A stretch of DNA of 64,000 nucleotides from Schmidtea polychroa. Its lineage: Eukaryota. This document shows positions 13,983 to 29,200 of this stretch, in pieces (position 1 is the stretch's first letter; each line of letters opens with the position of its first letter). Below the pieces are notes generated by a model. It made no database searches. It was given only the letters and a program-made list of their open reading frames with translations, and was not told the DNA's origin. The stretch spans positions 1,302,001 to 1,366,000 of the forward strand of contig CM097888.1 in NCBI GenBank assembly GCA_044892525.1, read 5' to 3'. The position numbers and the translations under genes are program-made.

Positions 13983-14276
13983 TTACGCTTTTTTCTGTTC
14001 AGCGTTTCCATTCATTTCAATTTCATAGAATCTATTTTTTTCAAACTTTCCTGACGTTGTTTTGAAAGACTCTTTATCATTTGAAGGTACAGCTAGAATT
14101 TTTGAAATTCTAACTCCAATCGCCAAAAAAATTTTGTTCTCAGTAAAAGTTGACACCGTTCCCACACGAAGTTTGATAATCTGTTGTGGTTGTCTCGCAT
14201 CGTGAATTTTGATATCGAGAATGATCCCTTAATCTTTGACCCGAGACTTCTCGATTAATTCGAATCTTTGGTTCTC
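13983..14276 (-). pseudogene. 3' end of an unidentified gene ('Y') fused to the WDR36 fragment
   Basis: Reads RFELIEKSRVKD*GIILDIKIHDARQPQQIIKLRVGTVSTFTENKIFLAIG...NAEQKKA*. A truncated second copy lies at 10015-10160. Confidence 0.4.
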
Positions 14277-17200
14277 GATGCGGATTCGGATGCTGTCAAT
14301 GTTGAGCAGGTTGCTGATATATGATGAGGGCAGGCATGACATTTGGGCATGCGCTGACACGTGGCTATTGATTGAGCTGGGCGGCGAGGGTAGCTGGGGC
14401 AGCTCCACCGCCTCTTCGTCCCCATCCTCATCGCCACAGTAAACCTTTGGTGAATCCAATGAATTCACTGGCTGATAATCCAATGGCAGGCTTGACAGCT
14501 TCATGTCAAGGAAATGCAACTTTAAAGACCACAGATAACGCCCAAGGTCATCCTAATGTGTCGATACGAGGAAGGAGTCATTCGGTGCCATTTCCAGCTG
14601 GGTGACAACCCGACGGGTCCTGAAGCAGTCGACCAATCTATTGTTGATATAATCGAATGTCTTAACAAGATTGCCATCAGCAATCATAATGAGATCAAAT
14701 TCATAGCTAAATGCGATAGCATTGACCGGATTGGCATTGAATGAAGCCCGGATCTGCTGGAATAGAATGAATCGAGTGATTGGCCATGATATTCTGGAAA
14801 TGTGCAACATCTTCACCACGAAGCACTTTAGTATGGCTTCCTGGATACATTGCATTCTGTGTTAGGGAATCAGAGGTAATGCCATGAGTACATGCCAAAT
14901 ACATCTGGCACACCTCGATATTATTGGTCCGTTTCATCTGATTGTCCAGCAGCTTCTGGGAGGCCCGCAACGGTTGATATCGGGTCTCATGGTATATCGG
15001 GTCATGCATTTGGATCTCATAATCGATAGCGCTCGGTGAGATGGTCTTAATGAGTTGCATGCATTTGTCATAATCACTATCCGAGCTCGCGTTGACCAAC
15101 ATCTCACACAAATTGTTTGCAGCAATAACCTGGCTGCTTGCAAGTTCCGCGCGCTTCCTATTGGTCTTTGTTGCTTTCATGCATTCCAATTGCTGCTTGG
15201 TGTCCTGGGAAGCATCTGCTGATTCAGATGCTGTCAATGTTGAGCAGGTTGCTGATATATGATGAGGGCAGGCATGACATTTGGGCATGCGCTGACACGT
15301 GGCTATTGATTGAGCTGGGCGGCGAGGGTAGCTGGGGCAGCTCCACCGCCTCTTCGTCCCCATCCTCATCGCCACAGTAAACCTTTGGTGAATCCAATGA
15401 ATTCACTGGCTGATAATCCTATGGCAGGCTTGACAGCTTCATGTCAAGGAAATGCAACTTTAAGGACCACAGATAACGCCCAAGGTCATCCTAATGTGTC
15501 GATACGAGGAAGGAGTCATTCGGTGCCATTTCCAGCTGGGTGACAACCCGACGGGTCCTGAAGCAGTCGACCAATCTATTGTTGATATAATCGAATGTCT
15601 TAACAAGATTGCCATCAGCAATCATAATGAGATCAAATTCATAGCTAAATGCGATAGCATTGACCGGATTGGCATTGAATGAAGCCCGGATCTGCTGGAA
15701 TAGAATGAATCGAGTGATTGGCCATGATATTCTGGAAATGTGCAACATCTTCACCACGAAGCACTTAAGTATGGCTTCCTGGATACATTGCATTCTGTGC
15801 TAGGGAATCAGAGGTAACCTGGCTGCTTGCAAGTTCCGCGCGCTTCCTATTGGTCTTTGTTGCTTTCATGCGTTCCAATTGCTGCTTGGTGTCCTGGGAA
15901 GCATCTGCTGATTCAGATGCTGTCAATGTTGAGCAGGTTGCTGAAATATGATGACGGCAGGCCTGACATTTGGGCATGCGCTGACACGTGGCTATTGATT
16001 GAGCTGGGCGGCGAGGGTAGCTGGGGCAGCTCCACCGCCTCTTCGTCCCCATCCTCATCGCCACAGTAAACCTTTGGTGAAACCAATGAATTCACTGGCT
16101 GATAATCCAATGGCAGGCTTGACAGCTTCATGTCAAGGAAATGCAACTTAAAAGACCACAGATAACGCCCAAGGTCATCCTAATGTGTCGACACGAGGAA
16201 GGAGTCATTCGGTGCCATTTCCAGCTGGGTGACAACCCGACGGGTCCTGAAGCAGTCGACCAATCTATTGTTGATATAATCGAATGTCTTAACAAGATTG
16301 CCATCAGCAATCATAATGAGATCAAATTCATAGCTAAATGCGATAGCATTGACCGGATTGGCATTGAATGAAGCCCGGATCTGCTGGAATAGAATGAATC
16401 GAGTGATTGGCCATGATATTCTGGAAATGTGCAACATCTTCACCACGAAGCACTTTAGTATGGCTTCCTGGATACATTGCATTCTGTGTTAGGGAATCAG
16501 AGGTAATGCCATGAGTACATGCCAAATACATCTGGCACACCTCGATATTATTGGTCCGTTTCATCTGATTGTCCAGCAGCTTCTGGGAGGCCCGCAACGG
16601 TTGATATCGGGTCTCATGGTATATCGGGTCAAGCATTTGGATCTCATAATCGATAGCGCTCGGTGAGATGGTCTTAATGAGTTGCAGGCATGACATTTGG
16701 GCATGCGCTGACACGTGGCTATTGATTGAGCTGGGCAGCGAGGGTAGCTCCACCGCCTCTTCGTCCCCATCCTCATCGCCACAGTAAACCTGTGGTGAAT
16801 CCAATGAATTCACTGGCTGATAATCCTATGGCAGGCCTGACAGCTTCATGTCAAGGAAATGCAGCATTAAGGACCACAGATAAAGCCCAAGGTCATTCTG
16901 ATGTGTCGATACGAGGAAGGAGTCATTCGGTGCCATTTCCAGCTGGGTGACAACCCGACGGGTCCTGAAGCAGTCGACCAATCTATTGTTGATATAATCG
17001 AATGTCTTAACAAGATTGCCATCAGCAATCATAATGAGATCAAATTCATAGCTAAATGCGATAGCATTGACCGGATTGGCATTGAATGAAGCCCGGATCT
17101 GCTGGAATAGAATGAATCGAGTGATTGGCCATGATATTCTGGAAATGTGCAACATCTTCACCACGAAGCACTTTAGTATGGCTTCCTGGATACATTGCAT

Positions 17201-20200
17201 TCTGTGTTAGGGAATCAGAGGTAATGCCATGAGTACATGCCAAATACATCTGGCACACCTCGATATTATTGGTCCGTTTCATCTGATTGTCCAGCAGCTT
17301 CTGGGAGGCCCGCAACGGTTGATATCGGGTCTCATGGTATATCGGGTCAAGCATTTGGATCTCATAATCGATAGCGCTCGGTGAGATGGTCTTAATGAGT
17401 TGCAGGCATGACATTTGGGCATGCGCTGACAGGTGGCTATTGATTGAGCTGGGCAGCGAGGGTAGCTCCACCGCCTCTTCGTCCCCATCCTCATCGCCAC
17501 AGTAAACCTTTGGTGAATCCAATGAATTCACTGGCTGATAATCCTATGGCAGGCCTGACAGCTTCATGTCAAGGAAATGCAGCATTAAGGACCACAGATA
17601 AAGCCCAAGGTCATTCTGATGTGTCGATACGAGGAAGGAGTCATTCGGTGCCATTTCCAGCTGGGTGACAACCCGACGGGTCCTGAAGCAGTCGACCAAT
17701 CTATTGTTGATATAATCGAATGTCTTAACAAGATTGCCATCAGCAATCATAATGAGATCAAATTCATAGCTAAATGCGATAGCATTGACCGGATTGGCAT
17801 TGAATGAAGCCCGGATCTGCTGGAATAGAATGAATCGAGTGATTGGCCATGATATTCTGGAAATGTGCAACATCTTCACCACGAAGCACTTTAGTATGGC
17901 TTCCTGGATACATTGCATTCTGTGTTAGGGAATCAGAGGTAATGCCATGAGTACATGCCAAATACATCTGGCACACCTCGATATTATTGGTCCGTTTCAT
18001 CTGATTGTCCAGCAGCTTCTGGGAGGCCCGCAACGGTTGATATCGGGTCTCATGGTATATCGGGTCAAGCATTTGGATCTCATAATCGATAGCGCTCGGT
18101 GAGATGGTCTTAATGAGTTGCAGGCATGACATTTGGGCATGCGCTGACACGTGGCTATTGATTGAGCTGGGCAGCGAGGGTAGCTCCACCGCCTCTTCGT
18201 CCCCATCCTCATCGCCACAGTAAACCTGTGGTGAATCCAATGAATTCACTGGCTGATAATCCTATGGCAGGCCTGACAGCTTCATGTCAAGGAAATGCAG
18301 CATTAAGGACCACAGATAAAGCCCAAGGTCATTCTGATGTGTCGATACGAGGAAGGAGTCATTCGGTGCCATTTCCAGCTGGGTGACAACCCGACGGGTC
18401 CTGAAGCAGTCGACCAATCTATTGTTGATATAATCGAATGTCTTAACAAGATTGCCATCAGCAATCATAATGAGATCAAATTCATAGCTAAATGCGATAG
18501 CATTGACCGGATTGGCATTGAATGAAGCCCGGATCTGCTGGAATAGAATGAATCGAGTGATTGGCCATGATATTCTGGAAATGTGCAACATCTTCACCAC
18601 GAAGCACTTTAGTATGGCTTCCTGGATACATTGCATTCTGTGTTAGGGAATCAGAGGTAATGCCATGAGTACATGCCAAATACATCTGGCACACCTCGAT
18701 ATTATTGGTCCGTTTCATCTGATTGTCCAGCAGCTTCTGGGAGGCCCGCAACGGTTGATATCGGGTCTCATGGTATATCGGGTCAAGCATTTGGATCTCA
18801 TAATCGATAGCGCTCGGTGAGATGGTCTTAATGAGTTGCAGGCATGACATTTGGGCATGCGCTGACAGGTGGCTATTGATTGAGCTGGGCAGCGAGGGTA
18901 GCTCCACCGCCTCTTCGTCCCCATCCTCATCGCCACAGTAAACCTTTGGTGAATCCAATGAATTCACTGGCTGATAATCCTATGGCAGGCCTGACAGCTT
19001 CATGTCAAGGAAATGCAGCATTAAGGACCACAGATAAAGCCCAAGGTCATTCTGATGTGTCGATACGAGGAAGGAGTCATTCGGTGCCATTTCCAGCTGG
19101 GTGACAACCCGACGGGTCCTGAAGCAGTCGACCAATCTATTGTTGATATAATCGAATGTCTTAACAAGATTGCCATCAGCAATCATAATGAGATCAAATT
19201 CATAGCTAAATGCGATAGCATTGACCGGATTGGCATTGAATGAAGCCCGGATCTGCTGGAATAGAATGAATCGAGTGATTGGCCATGATATTCTGGAAAT
19301 GTGCAACATCTTCACCACGAAGCACTTTAGTATGGCTTCCTGGATACATTGCATTCTGTGTTAGGGAATCAGAGGTAATGCCATGAGTACATGCCAAATA
19401 CATCTGGCACACCTCGATATTATTGGTCCGTTTCATCTGATTGTCCAGCAGCTTCTGGGAGGCCCGCAACGGTTGATATCGGGTCTCATGGTATATCGGG
19501 TCAAGCATTTGGATCTCATAATCGATAGCGCTCGGTGAGATGGTCTTAATGAGTTGCAGGCATGACATTTGGGCATGCGCTGACAGGTGGCTATTGATTG
19601 AGCTGGGCAGCGAGGGTAGCTCCACCGCCTCTTCGTCCCCATCCTCATCGCCACAGTAAACCTTTGGTGAATCCAATGAATTCACTGGCTGATAATCCTA
19701 TGGCAGGCCTGACAGCTTCATGTCAAGGAAATGCAGCATTAAGGACCACAGATAAAGCCCAAGGTCATTCTGATGTGTCGATACGAGGAAGGAGTCATTC
19801 GGTGCCATTTCCAGCTGGGTGACAACCCGACGGGTCCTGAAGCAGTCGACCAATCTATTGTTGATATAATCGAATGTCTTAACAAGATTGCCATCAGCAA
19901 TCATAATGAGATCAAATTCATAGCTAAATGCGATAGCATTGACCGGATTGGCATTGAATGAAGCCCGGATCTGCTGGAATAGAATGAATCGAGTGATTGG
20001 CCATGATATTCTGGAAATGTGCAACATCTTCACCACGAAGCACTTTAGTATGGCTTCCTGGATACATTGCATTCTGTGTTAGGGAATCAGAGGTAATGCC
20101 ATGAGTACATGCCAAATACATCTGGCACACCTCGATATTATTGGTCCGTTTCATCTGATTGTCCAGCAGCTTCTGGGAGGCCCGCAACGGTTGATATCGG

Positions 20201-23200
20201 GTCTCATGGTATATCGGGTCAAGCATTTGGATCTCATAATCGATAGCGCTCGGTGAGATGGTCTTAATGAGTTGCAGGCATGACATTTGGGCATGCGCTG
20301 ACACGTGGCTATTGATTGAGCTGGGCAGCGAGGGTAGCTCCACCGCCTCTTCGTCCCCATCCTCATCGCCACAGTAAACCTGTGGTGAATCCAATGAATT
20401 CACTGGCTGATAATCCTATGGCAGGCCTGACAGCTTCATGTCAAGGAAATGCAGCATTAAGGACCACAGATAAAGCCCAAGGTCATTCTGATGTGTCGAT
20501 ACGAGGAAGGAGTCATTCGGTGCCATTTCCAGCTGGGTGACAACCCGACGGGTCCTGAAGCAGTCGACCAATCTATTGTTGATATAATCGAATGTCTTAA
20601 CAAGATTGCCATCAGCAATCATAATGAGATCAAATTCATAGCTAAATGCGATAGCATTGACCGGATTGGCATTGAATGAAGCCCGGATCTGCTGGAATAG
20701 AATGAATCGAGTGATTGGCCATGATATTCTGGAAATGTGCAACATCTTCACCACGAAGCACTTTAGTATGGCTTCCTGGATACATTGCATTCTGTGTTAG
20801 GGAATCAGAGGTAATGCCATGAGTACATGCCAAATACATCTGGCACACCTCGATATTATTGGTCCGTTTCATCTGATTGTCCAGCAGCTTCTGGGAGGCC
20901 CGCAACGGTTGATATCGGGTCTCATGGTATATCGGGTCAAGCATTTGGATCTCATAATCGATAGCGCTCGGTGAGATGGTCTTAATGAGTTGCAGGCATG
21001 ACATTTGGGCATGCGCTGACAGGTGGCTATTGATTGAGCTGGGCAGCGAGGGTAGCTCCACCGCCTCTTCGTCCCCATCCTCATCGCCACAGTAAACCTT
21101 TGGTGAATCCAATGAATTCACTGGCTGATAATCCTATGGCAGGCCTGACAGCTTCATGTCAAGGAAATGCAGCATTAAGGACCACAGATAAAGCCCAAGG
21201 TCATTCTGATGTGTCGATACGAGGAAGGAGTCATTCGGTGCCATTTCCAGCTGGGTGACAACCCGACGGGTCCTGAAGCAGTCGACCAATCTATTGTTGA
21301 TATAATCGAATGTCTTAACAAGATTGCCATCAGCAATCATAATGAGATCAAATTCATAGCTAAATGCGATAGCATTGACCGGATTGGCATTGAATGAAGC
21401 CCGGATCTGCTGGAATAGAATGAATCGAGTGATTGGCCATGATATTCTGGAAATGTGCAACATCTTCACCACGAAGCACTTTAGTATGGCTTCCTGGATA
21501 CATTGCATTCTGTGTTAGGGAATCAGAGGTAATGCCATGAGTACATGCCAAATACATCTGGCACACCTCGATATTATTGGTCCGTTTCATCTGATTGTCC
21601 AGCAGCTTCTGGGAGGCCCGCAACGGTTGATATCGGGTCTCATGGTATATCGGGTCAAGCATTTGGATCTCATAATCGATAGCGCTCGGTGAGATGGTCT
21701 TAATGAGTTGCAGGCATGACATTTGGGCATGCGCTGACACGTGGCTATTGATTGAGCTGGGCAGCGAGGGTAGCTCCACCGCCTCTTCGTCCCCATCCTC
21801 ATCGCCACAGTAAACCTGTGGTGAATCCAATGAATTCACTGGCTGATAATCCTATGGCAGGCCTGACAGCTTCATGTCAAGGAAATGCAGCATTAAGGAC
21901 CACAGATAAAGCCCAAGGTCATTCTGATGTGTCGATACGAGGAAGGAGTCATTCGGTGCCATTTCCAGCTGGGTGACAACCCGACGGGTCCTGAAGCAGT
22001 CGACCAATCTATTGTTGATATAATCGAATGTCTTAACAAGATTGCCATCAGCAATCATAATGAGATCAAATTCATAGCTAAATGCGATAGCATTGACCGG
22101 ATTGGCATTGAATGAAGCCCGGATCTGCTGGAATAGAATGAATCGAGTGATTGGCCATGATATTCTGGAAATGTGCAACATCTTCACCACGAAGCACTTT
22201 AGTATGGCTTCCTGGATACATTGCATTCTGTGTTAGGGAATCAGAGGTAATGCCATGAGTACATGCCAAATACATCTGGCACACCTCGATATTATTGGTC
22301 CGTTTCATCTGATTGTCCAGCAGCTTCTGGGAGGCCCGCAACGGTTGATATCGGGTCTCATGGTATATCGGGTCAAGCATTTGGATCTCATAATCGATAG
22401 CGCTCGGTGAGATGGTCTTAATGAGTTGCAGGCATGACATTTGGGCATGCGCTGACACGTGGCTATTGATTGAGCTGGGCAGCGAGGGTAGCTCCACCGC
22501 CTCTTCGTCCCCATCCTCATCGCCACAGTAAACCTGTGGTGAATCCAATGAATTCACTGGCTGATAATCCTATGGCAGGCCTGACAGCTTCATGTCAAGG
22601 AAATGCAGCATTAAGGACCACAGATAAAGCCCAAGGTCATTCTGATGTGTCGATACGAGGAAGGAGTCATTCGGTGCCATTTCCAGCTGGGTGACAACCC
22701 GACGGGTCCTGAAGCAGTCGACCAATCTATTGTTGATATAATCGAATGTCTTAACAAGATTGCCATCAGCAATCATAATGAGATCAAATTCATAGCTAAA
22801 TGCGATAGCATTGACCGGATTGGCATTGAATGAAGCCCGGATCTGCTGGAATAGAATGAATCGAGTGATTGGCGATGATATTCTGGAAATGTGCAACATC
22901 TTCACCACGAAGCACTTTAGTATGGCTTCCTGGATACATTGCATTCTGTGTTAGGGAATCAGAGGTAATGCCATGAGTACATGCCAAATACATCTGGCAC
23001 ACCTCGATATTTATGGTCCGTTTCATCTGATTGTCCAGCAGCTTCTGGGAGGCCCGCAACGGTTGATATCGGGTCTCATGGTATATCGGGTCAAGCATTT
23101 GGATCTCATAATCGATAGCGCTCGGTGAGATGGTCTTAATGAGTTGCAGGCATGACATTTGGGCATGCGCTGACACGTGGCTATTGATTGAGCTGGGCAG

Positions 23201-26200
23201 CGAGGGTAGCTCCACCGCCTCTTCGTCCCCATCCTCATCGCCACAGTAAACCTGTGGTGAATCCAATGAATTCACTGGCTGATAATCCTATGGCAGGCCT
23301 GACAGCTTCATGTCAAGGAAATGCAGCATTAAGGACCACAGATAAAGCCCAAGGTCATTCTGATGTGTCGATACGAGGAAGGAGTCATTCGGTGCCATTT
23401 CCAGCTGGGTGACAACCCGACGGGTCCTGAAGCAGTCGACCAATCTATTGTTGATATAATCGAATGTCTTAACAAGATTGCCATCAGCAATCATAATGAG
23501 ATCAAATTCATAGCTAAATGCGATAGCATTGACCGGATTGGCATTGAATGAAGCCCGGATCTGCTGGAATAGAATGAATCGAGTGATTGGCCATGATATT
23601 CTGGAAATGTGCAACATCTTCACCACGAAGCACTTTAGTATGGCTTCCTGGATACATTGCATTCTGTGTTAGGGAATCAGAGGTAATGCCATGAGTACAT
23701 GCCAAATACATCTGGCACACCTCGATATTATTGGTCCGTTTCATCTGATTGTCCAGCAGCTTCTGGGAGGCCCGCAACGGTTGATATCGGGTCTCATGGT
23801 ATATCGGGTCAAGCATTTGGATCTCATAATCGATAGCGCTCGGTGAGATGGTCTTAATGAGTTGCAGGCATGACATTTGGGCATGCGCTGACACGTGGCT
23901 ATTGATTGAGCTGGGCAGCGAGGGTAGCTCCACCGCCTCTTCGTCCCCATCCTCATCGCCACAGTAAACCTTTGGTGAATCCAATGAATTCACTGGCTGA
24001 TAATCCTATGGCAGGCCTGACAGCTTCATGTCAAGGAAATGCAGCATTAAGGACCACAGATAAAGCCCAAGGTCATTCTGATGTGTCGATACGAGGAAGG
24101 AGTCATTCGGTGCCATTTCCAGCTGGGTGACAACCCGACGGGTCCTGAAGCAGTCGACCAATCTATTGTTGATATAATCGAATGTCTTAACAAGATTGCC
24201 ATCAGCAATCATAATGAGATCAAATTCATAGCTAAATGCGATAGCATTGACCGGATTGGCATTGAATGAAGCCCGGATCTGCTGGAATAGAATGAATCGA
24301 GTGATTGGCCATGATATTCTGGAAATGTGCAACATCTTCACCACGAAGCACTTTAGTATGGCTTCCTGGATACATTGCATTCTGTGTTAGGGAATCAGAG
24401 GTAATGCCATGAGTACATGCCAAATACATCTGGCACACCTCGATATTATTGGTCCGTTTCATCTGATTGTCCAGCAGCTTCTGGGAGGCCCGCAACGGTT
24501 GATATCGGGTCTCATGGTATATCGGGTCAAGCATTTGGATCTCATAATCGATAGCGCTCGGTGAGATGGTCTTAATGAGTTGCAGGCATGACATTTGGGC
24601 ATGCGCTGACACGTGGCTATTGATTGAGCTGGGCAGCGAGGGTAGCTCCACCGCCTCTTCGTCCCCATCCTCATCGCCACAGTAAACCTTTGGTGAATCC
24701 AATGAATTCACTGGCTGATAATCCTATGGCAGGCCTGACAGCTTCATGTCAAGGAAATGCAGCATTAAGGACCACAGATAAAGCCCAAGGTCATTCTGAT
24801 GTGTCGATACGAGGAAGGAGTCATTCGGTGCCATTTCCAGCTGGGTGACAACCCGACGGGTCCTGAAGCAGTCGACCAATCTATTGTTGATATAATCGAA
24901 TGTCTTAACAAGATTGCCATCAGCAATCATAATGAGATCAAATTCATAGCTAAATGCGATAGCATTGACCGGATTGGCATTGAATGAAGCCCGGATCTGC
25001 TGGAATAGAATGAATCGAGTGATTGGCCATGATATTCTGGAAATGTGCAACATCTTCACCACGAAGCACTTTAGTATGGCTTCCTGGATACATTGCATTC
25101 TGTGTTAGGGAATCAGAGGTAATGCCATGAGTACATGCCAAATACATCTGGCACACCTCGATATTTATGGTCCGTTTCATCTGATTGTCCAGCAGCTTCT
25201 GGGAGGCCCGCAACGGTTGATATCGGGTCTCATGGTATATCGGGTCAAGCATTTGGATCTCATAATCGATAGCGCTCGGTGAGATGGTCTTAATGAGTTG
25301 CAGGCATGACATTTGGGCATGCGCTGACACGTGGCTATTGATTGAGCTGGGCAGCGAGGGTAGCTCCACCGCCTCTTCGTCCCCATCCTCATCGCCACAG
25401 TAAACCTGTGGTGAATCCAATGAATTCACTGGCTGATAATCCTATGGCAGGCCTGACAGCTTCATGTCAAGGAAATGCAGCATTAAGGACCACAGATAAA
25501 GCCCAAGGTCATTCTGATGTGTCGATACGAGGAAGGAGTCATTCGGTGCCATTTCCAGCTGGGTGACAACCCGACGGGTCCTGAAGCAGTCGACCAATCT
25601 ATTGTTGATATAATCGAATGTCTTAACAAGATTGCCATCAGCAATCATAATGAGATCAAATTCATAGCTAAATGCGATAGCATTGACCGGATTGGCATTG
25701 AATGAAGCCCGGATCTGCTGGAATAGAATGAATCGAGTGATTGGCCATGATATTCTGGAAATGTGCAACATCTTCACCACGAAGCACTTTAGTATGGCTT
25801 CCTGGATACATTGCATTCTGTGTTAGGGAATCAGAGGTAATGCCATGAGTACATGCCAAATACATCTGGCACACCTCGATATTATTGGTCCGTTTCATCT
25901 GATTGTCCAGCAGCTTCTGGGAGGCCCGCAACGGTTGATATCGGGTCTCATGGTATATCGGGTCAAGCATTTGGATCTCATAATCGATAGCGCTCGGTGA
26001 GATGGTCTTAATGAGTTGCATGCATTTGTCATAATCACTATCCGAGCTCGCGTTGACCAACATCTCACACAAATTGTTTGCGGCAATAACCTGGCTGCTT
26101 GCAAGTTCCGCGCGCTTCCTATTGGTCTCTGTTGCTTTCATGCATTCCAATTGCTGCTTGGTGTCTTGGGAAGCATCTGCTGACTCATCCTGGCCTTCAT

Positions 26201-29200
26201 CCAGCCAGCGCAGCCCATCCAATGCCTCCGTGACCTGCGGCAAGAAGAATGCAGTCGATGCCAATCGTTTGGTTGCGTTCTCGTTGCGGATTCGGATGCT
26301 GTCAATGTTGAGCAGGTTGCTGAAATATGATGACGGCAGGCCTGACATTTAGGCATGCGCTGACACGTGGCTATTGATTGAGCTGGGCGGCGAGGGTAGC
26401 TGGGGCAGCTCCACCGCCTCTTCGTCCCCATCCTCATCGCCACAGTAAACCTTTGGTGAATCCAATGAATTCACTGGCTGATAATCCAATGGCAGGCTTG
26501 ACAGCTTCATGTCAAGGAAATGCAGCTTTAAGGACCACAGATAAAGCCCAAGGTCATTCTGATGTGTCGATACGAGGAAGGAGTCATTCGGTGCCATTTC
26601 CAGCTGGGTGACAACCCGACGGGTCCTGAAGCAGTCGACCAATCTATTGTTGATATAATCGAATGTCTTAACAAGATTGCCATCAGCAATCATAATGAGA
26701 TCAAATTCATAGCTAAATGCGTTAGCATTGACCGGATTGGCATTGAATGAAGCCCGGATCTGCTGGAATAGAATGAATCGAGTGATTGGCCATGATATTC
26801 TGGAAATGTGCAACATCTTCACCACGAAGCACTTTAGTATGGCTTCCTGGATACATTGCATTCTGTGTTAGGGAATCAGAGGTAATGCCATGAGTACATG
26901 CCAAATACATCTGGCACACCTCGATATTATTGGTCCGTTTCATCTGATTGTCCAGCAGCTTCTGGGAGGCCCGCAACGGTTGATATCGGGTCTCATGGTA
27001 TATCGGGTCAAGCATTTGGATCTCATAATCGATAGCGCTCGGTGAGATGGTCTTAATGAGTTGCATGCATTTGTCATAATCACTATCCGAGCTCGCGTTG
27101 ACCAACATCTCACACAAATTGTTTGCGGCAATAACCTGGCTGCTTGCAAGTTCCGCGTGCTTCCTATTGGTCTTTGTTGCTTTCATGCGTTCCAATTGCT
27201 GCTTGGTGTCCTGGGAAGCATCTGCTGATTCAGATGCTGTCAATGTTGAGCAGGTTGCTGAAATATGATGACGGCAGGCCTGACATTTGGGTATGCGCTG
27301 ACACGTGGCTATTGATTGAGCTGGGCGGCGAGGGTAGCTGGGGCAGCTCCACCGCCTCTTCGTCCCCATCCTCATCGCCACAGTAAACCTTTGGTGAATC
27401 CAATGAATTCACTGGCTGATAATCCAATGGCAGGCTTGACAGCTTCATGTCAAGGAAATGCAGCTTTAAGGACCACAGATAAAGCCCAAGGTCATTCTGA
27501 TGTGTCGATACGAGGAAGGAGTCATTCGGTGCCATTTCCAGCTGGGTGACAACCCGACGGGTCCTGAAGCAGTCGACCAATCTATTGTTGATATAATCGA
27601 ATGTCTTAACAAGATTGCCATCAGCAATCATAATGAGATCAAATTCATAGCTAAATGCGATAGCATTGACCGGATTGGCATTGAATGAAGCCCGGATCTG
27701 CTGGAATAGAATGAATCGAGTGATTGGCCATGATATTCTGGAAATGTGCAACATCTTCACCACGAAGCACTTTAGTATGGCTTCCTGGATACATTGCATT
27801 CTGTGTTAGGGAATCAGAGGTAATGCCATGAGTACATGCCAAATACATCTGGCACACCTCGATATTATTGGTCCGTTTCATCTGATTGTCCAGCAGCTTC
27901 TGGGAGGCCCGCAACGGTTGATATCGGGTCTCATGGTATATCGGGTCAAGCATTTGGATCTCATAATCGATAGCGCTCGGTGAGATGGTCTTAATGAGTT
28001 GCATGCATTTGTCATAATCACTATCCGAGCTCGCGTTGACCAACATCTCACACAAATTGTTTGCGGCAATAACCTGGCTGCTTGCAAGTTCCGCGCGCTT
28101 CCTATTGGTCTCTGTTGCTTTCATGCATTCCAATTGCTGCTTGGTGTCTTGGGAAGCATCTGCTGACTCATCCTGGCCTTCATCCAGCCAGCGCAGCCCA
28201 TCCAATGCCTCCGTGACCTGCGGCAAGAAGAATGCAGTCGATGCCAATCGTTTGGTTGCGTTCTCGTTGCGGATTCGGATGCTGTCAATGTTGAGCAGGT
28301 TGCTGAAATATGATGACGGCAGGCCTGACATTTAGGCATGCGCTGACACGTGGCTATTGATTGAGCTGGGCGGCGAGGGTAGCTGGGGCAGCTCCACCGC
28401 CTCTTCGTCCCCATCCTCATCGCCACAGTAAACCTTTGGTGAATCCAATGAATTCACTGGCTGATAATCCAATGGCAGGCTTGACAGCTTCATGTCAAGG
28501 AAATGCAGCTTTAAGGACCACAGATAAAGCCCAAGGTCATTCTGATGTGTCGATACGAGGAAGGAGTCATTCGGTGCCATTTCCAGCTGGGTGACAACCC
28601 GACGGGTCCTGAAGCAGTCGACCAATCTATTGTTGATATAATCGAATGTCTTAACAAGATTGCCATCAGCAATCATAATGAGATCAAATTCATAGCTAAA
28701 TGCGTTAGCATTGACCGGATTGGCATTGAATGAAGCCCGGATCTGCTGGAATAGAATGAATCGAGTGATTGGCCATGATATTCTGGAAATGTGCAACATC
28801 TTCACCACGAAGCACTTTAGTATGGCTTCCTGGATACATTGCATTCTGTGTCAGGGAATCAGAGGTAATGCCATGAGTACATGCCAAATACATCTGGCAC
28901 ACCTCGATATTATTGGTCCGTTTCATCTGATTGTCCAGCAGCTTCTGGGAGGCCCGCAACGGTTGATATCGGGTCTCATGGTATATCGGGTCAAGCATTT
29001 GGATCTCATAATCGATAGCGCTCGGTGAGATGGTCTTAATGAGTTGCAGGCATGACATTTGGGCATGCGCTGACACGTGGCTATTGATTGAGCTGGGCAG
29101 CGAGGGTAGCTCCACCGCCTCTTCGTCCCCATCCTCATCGCCACAGTAAACCTTTGGTGAATCCAATGAATTCACTGGCTGATAATCCTATGGCAGGCCT

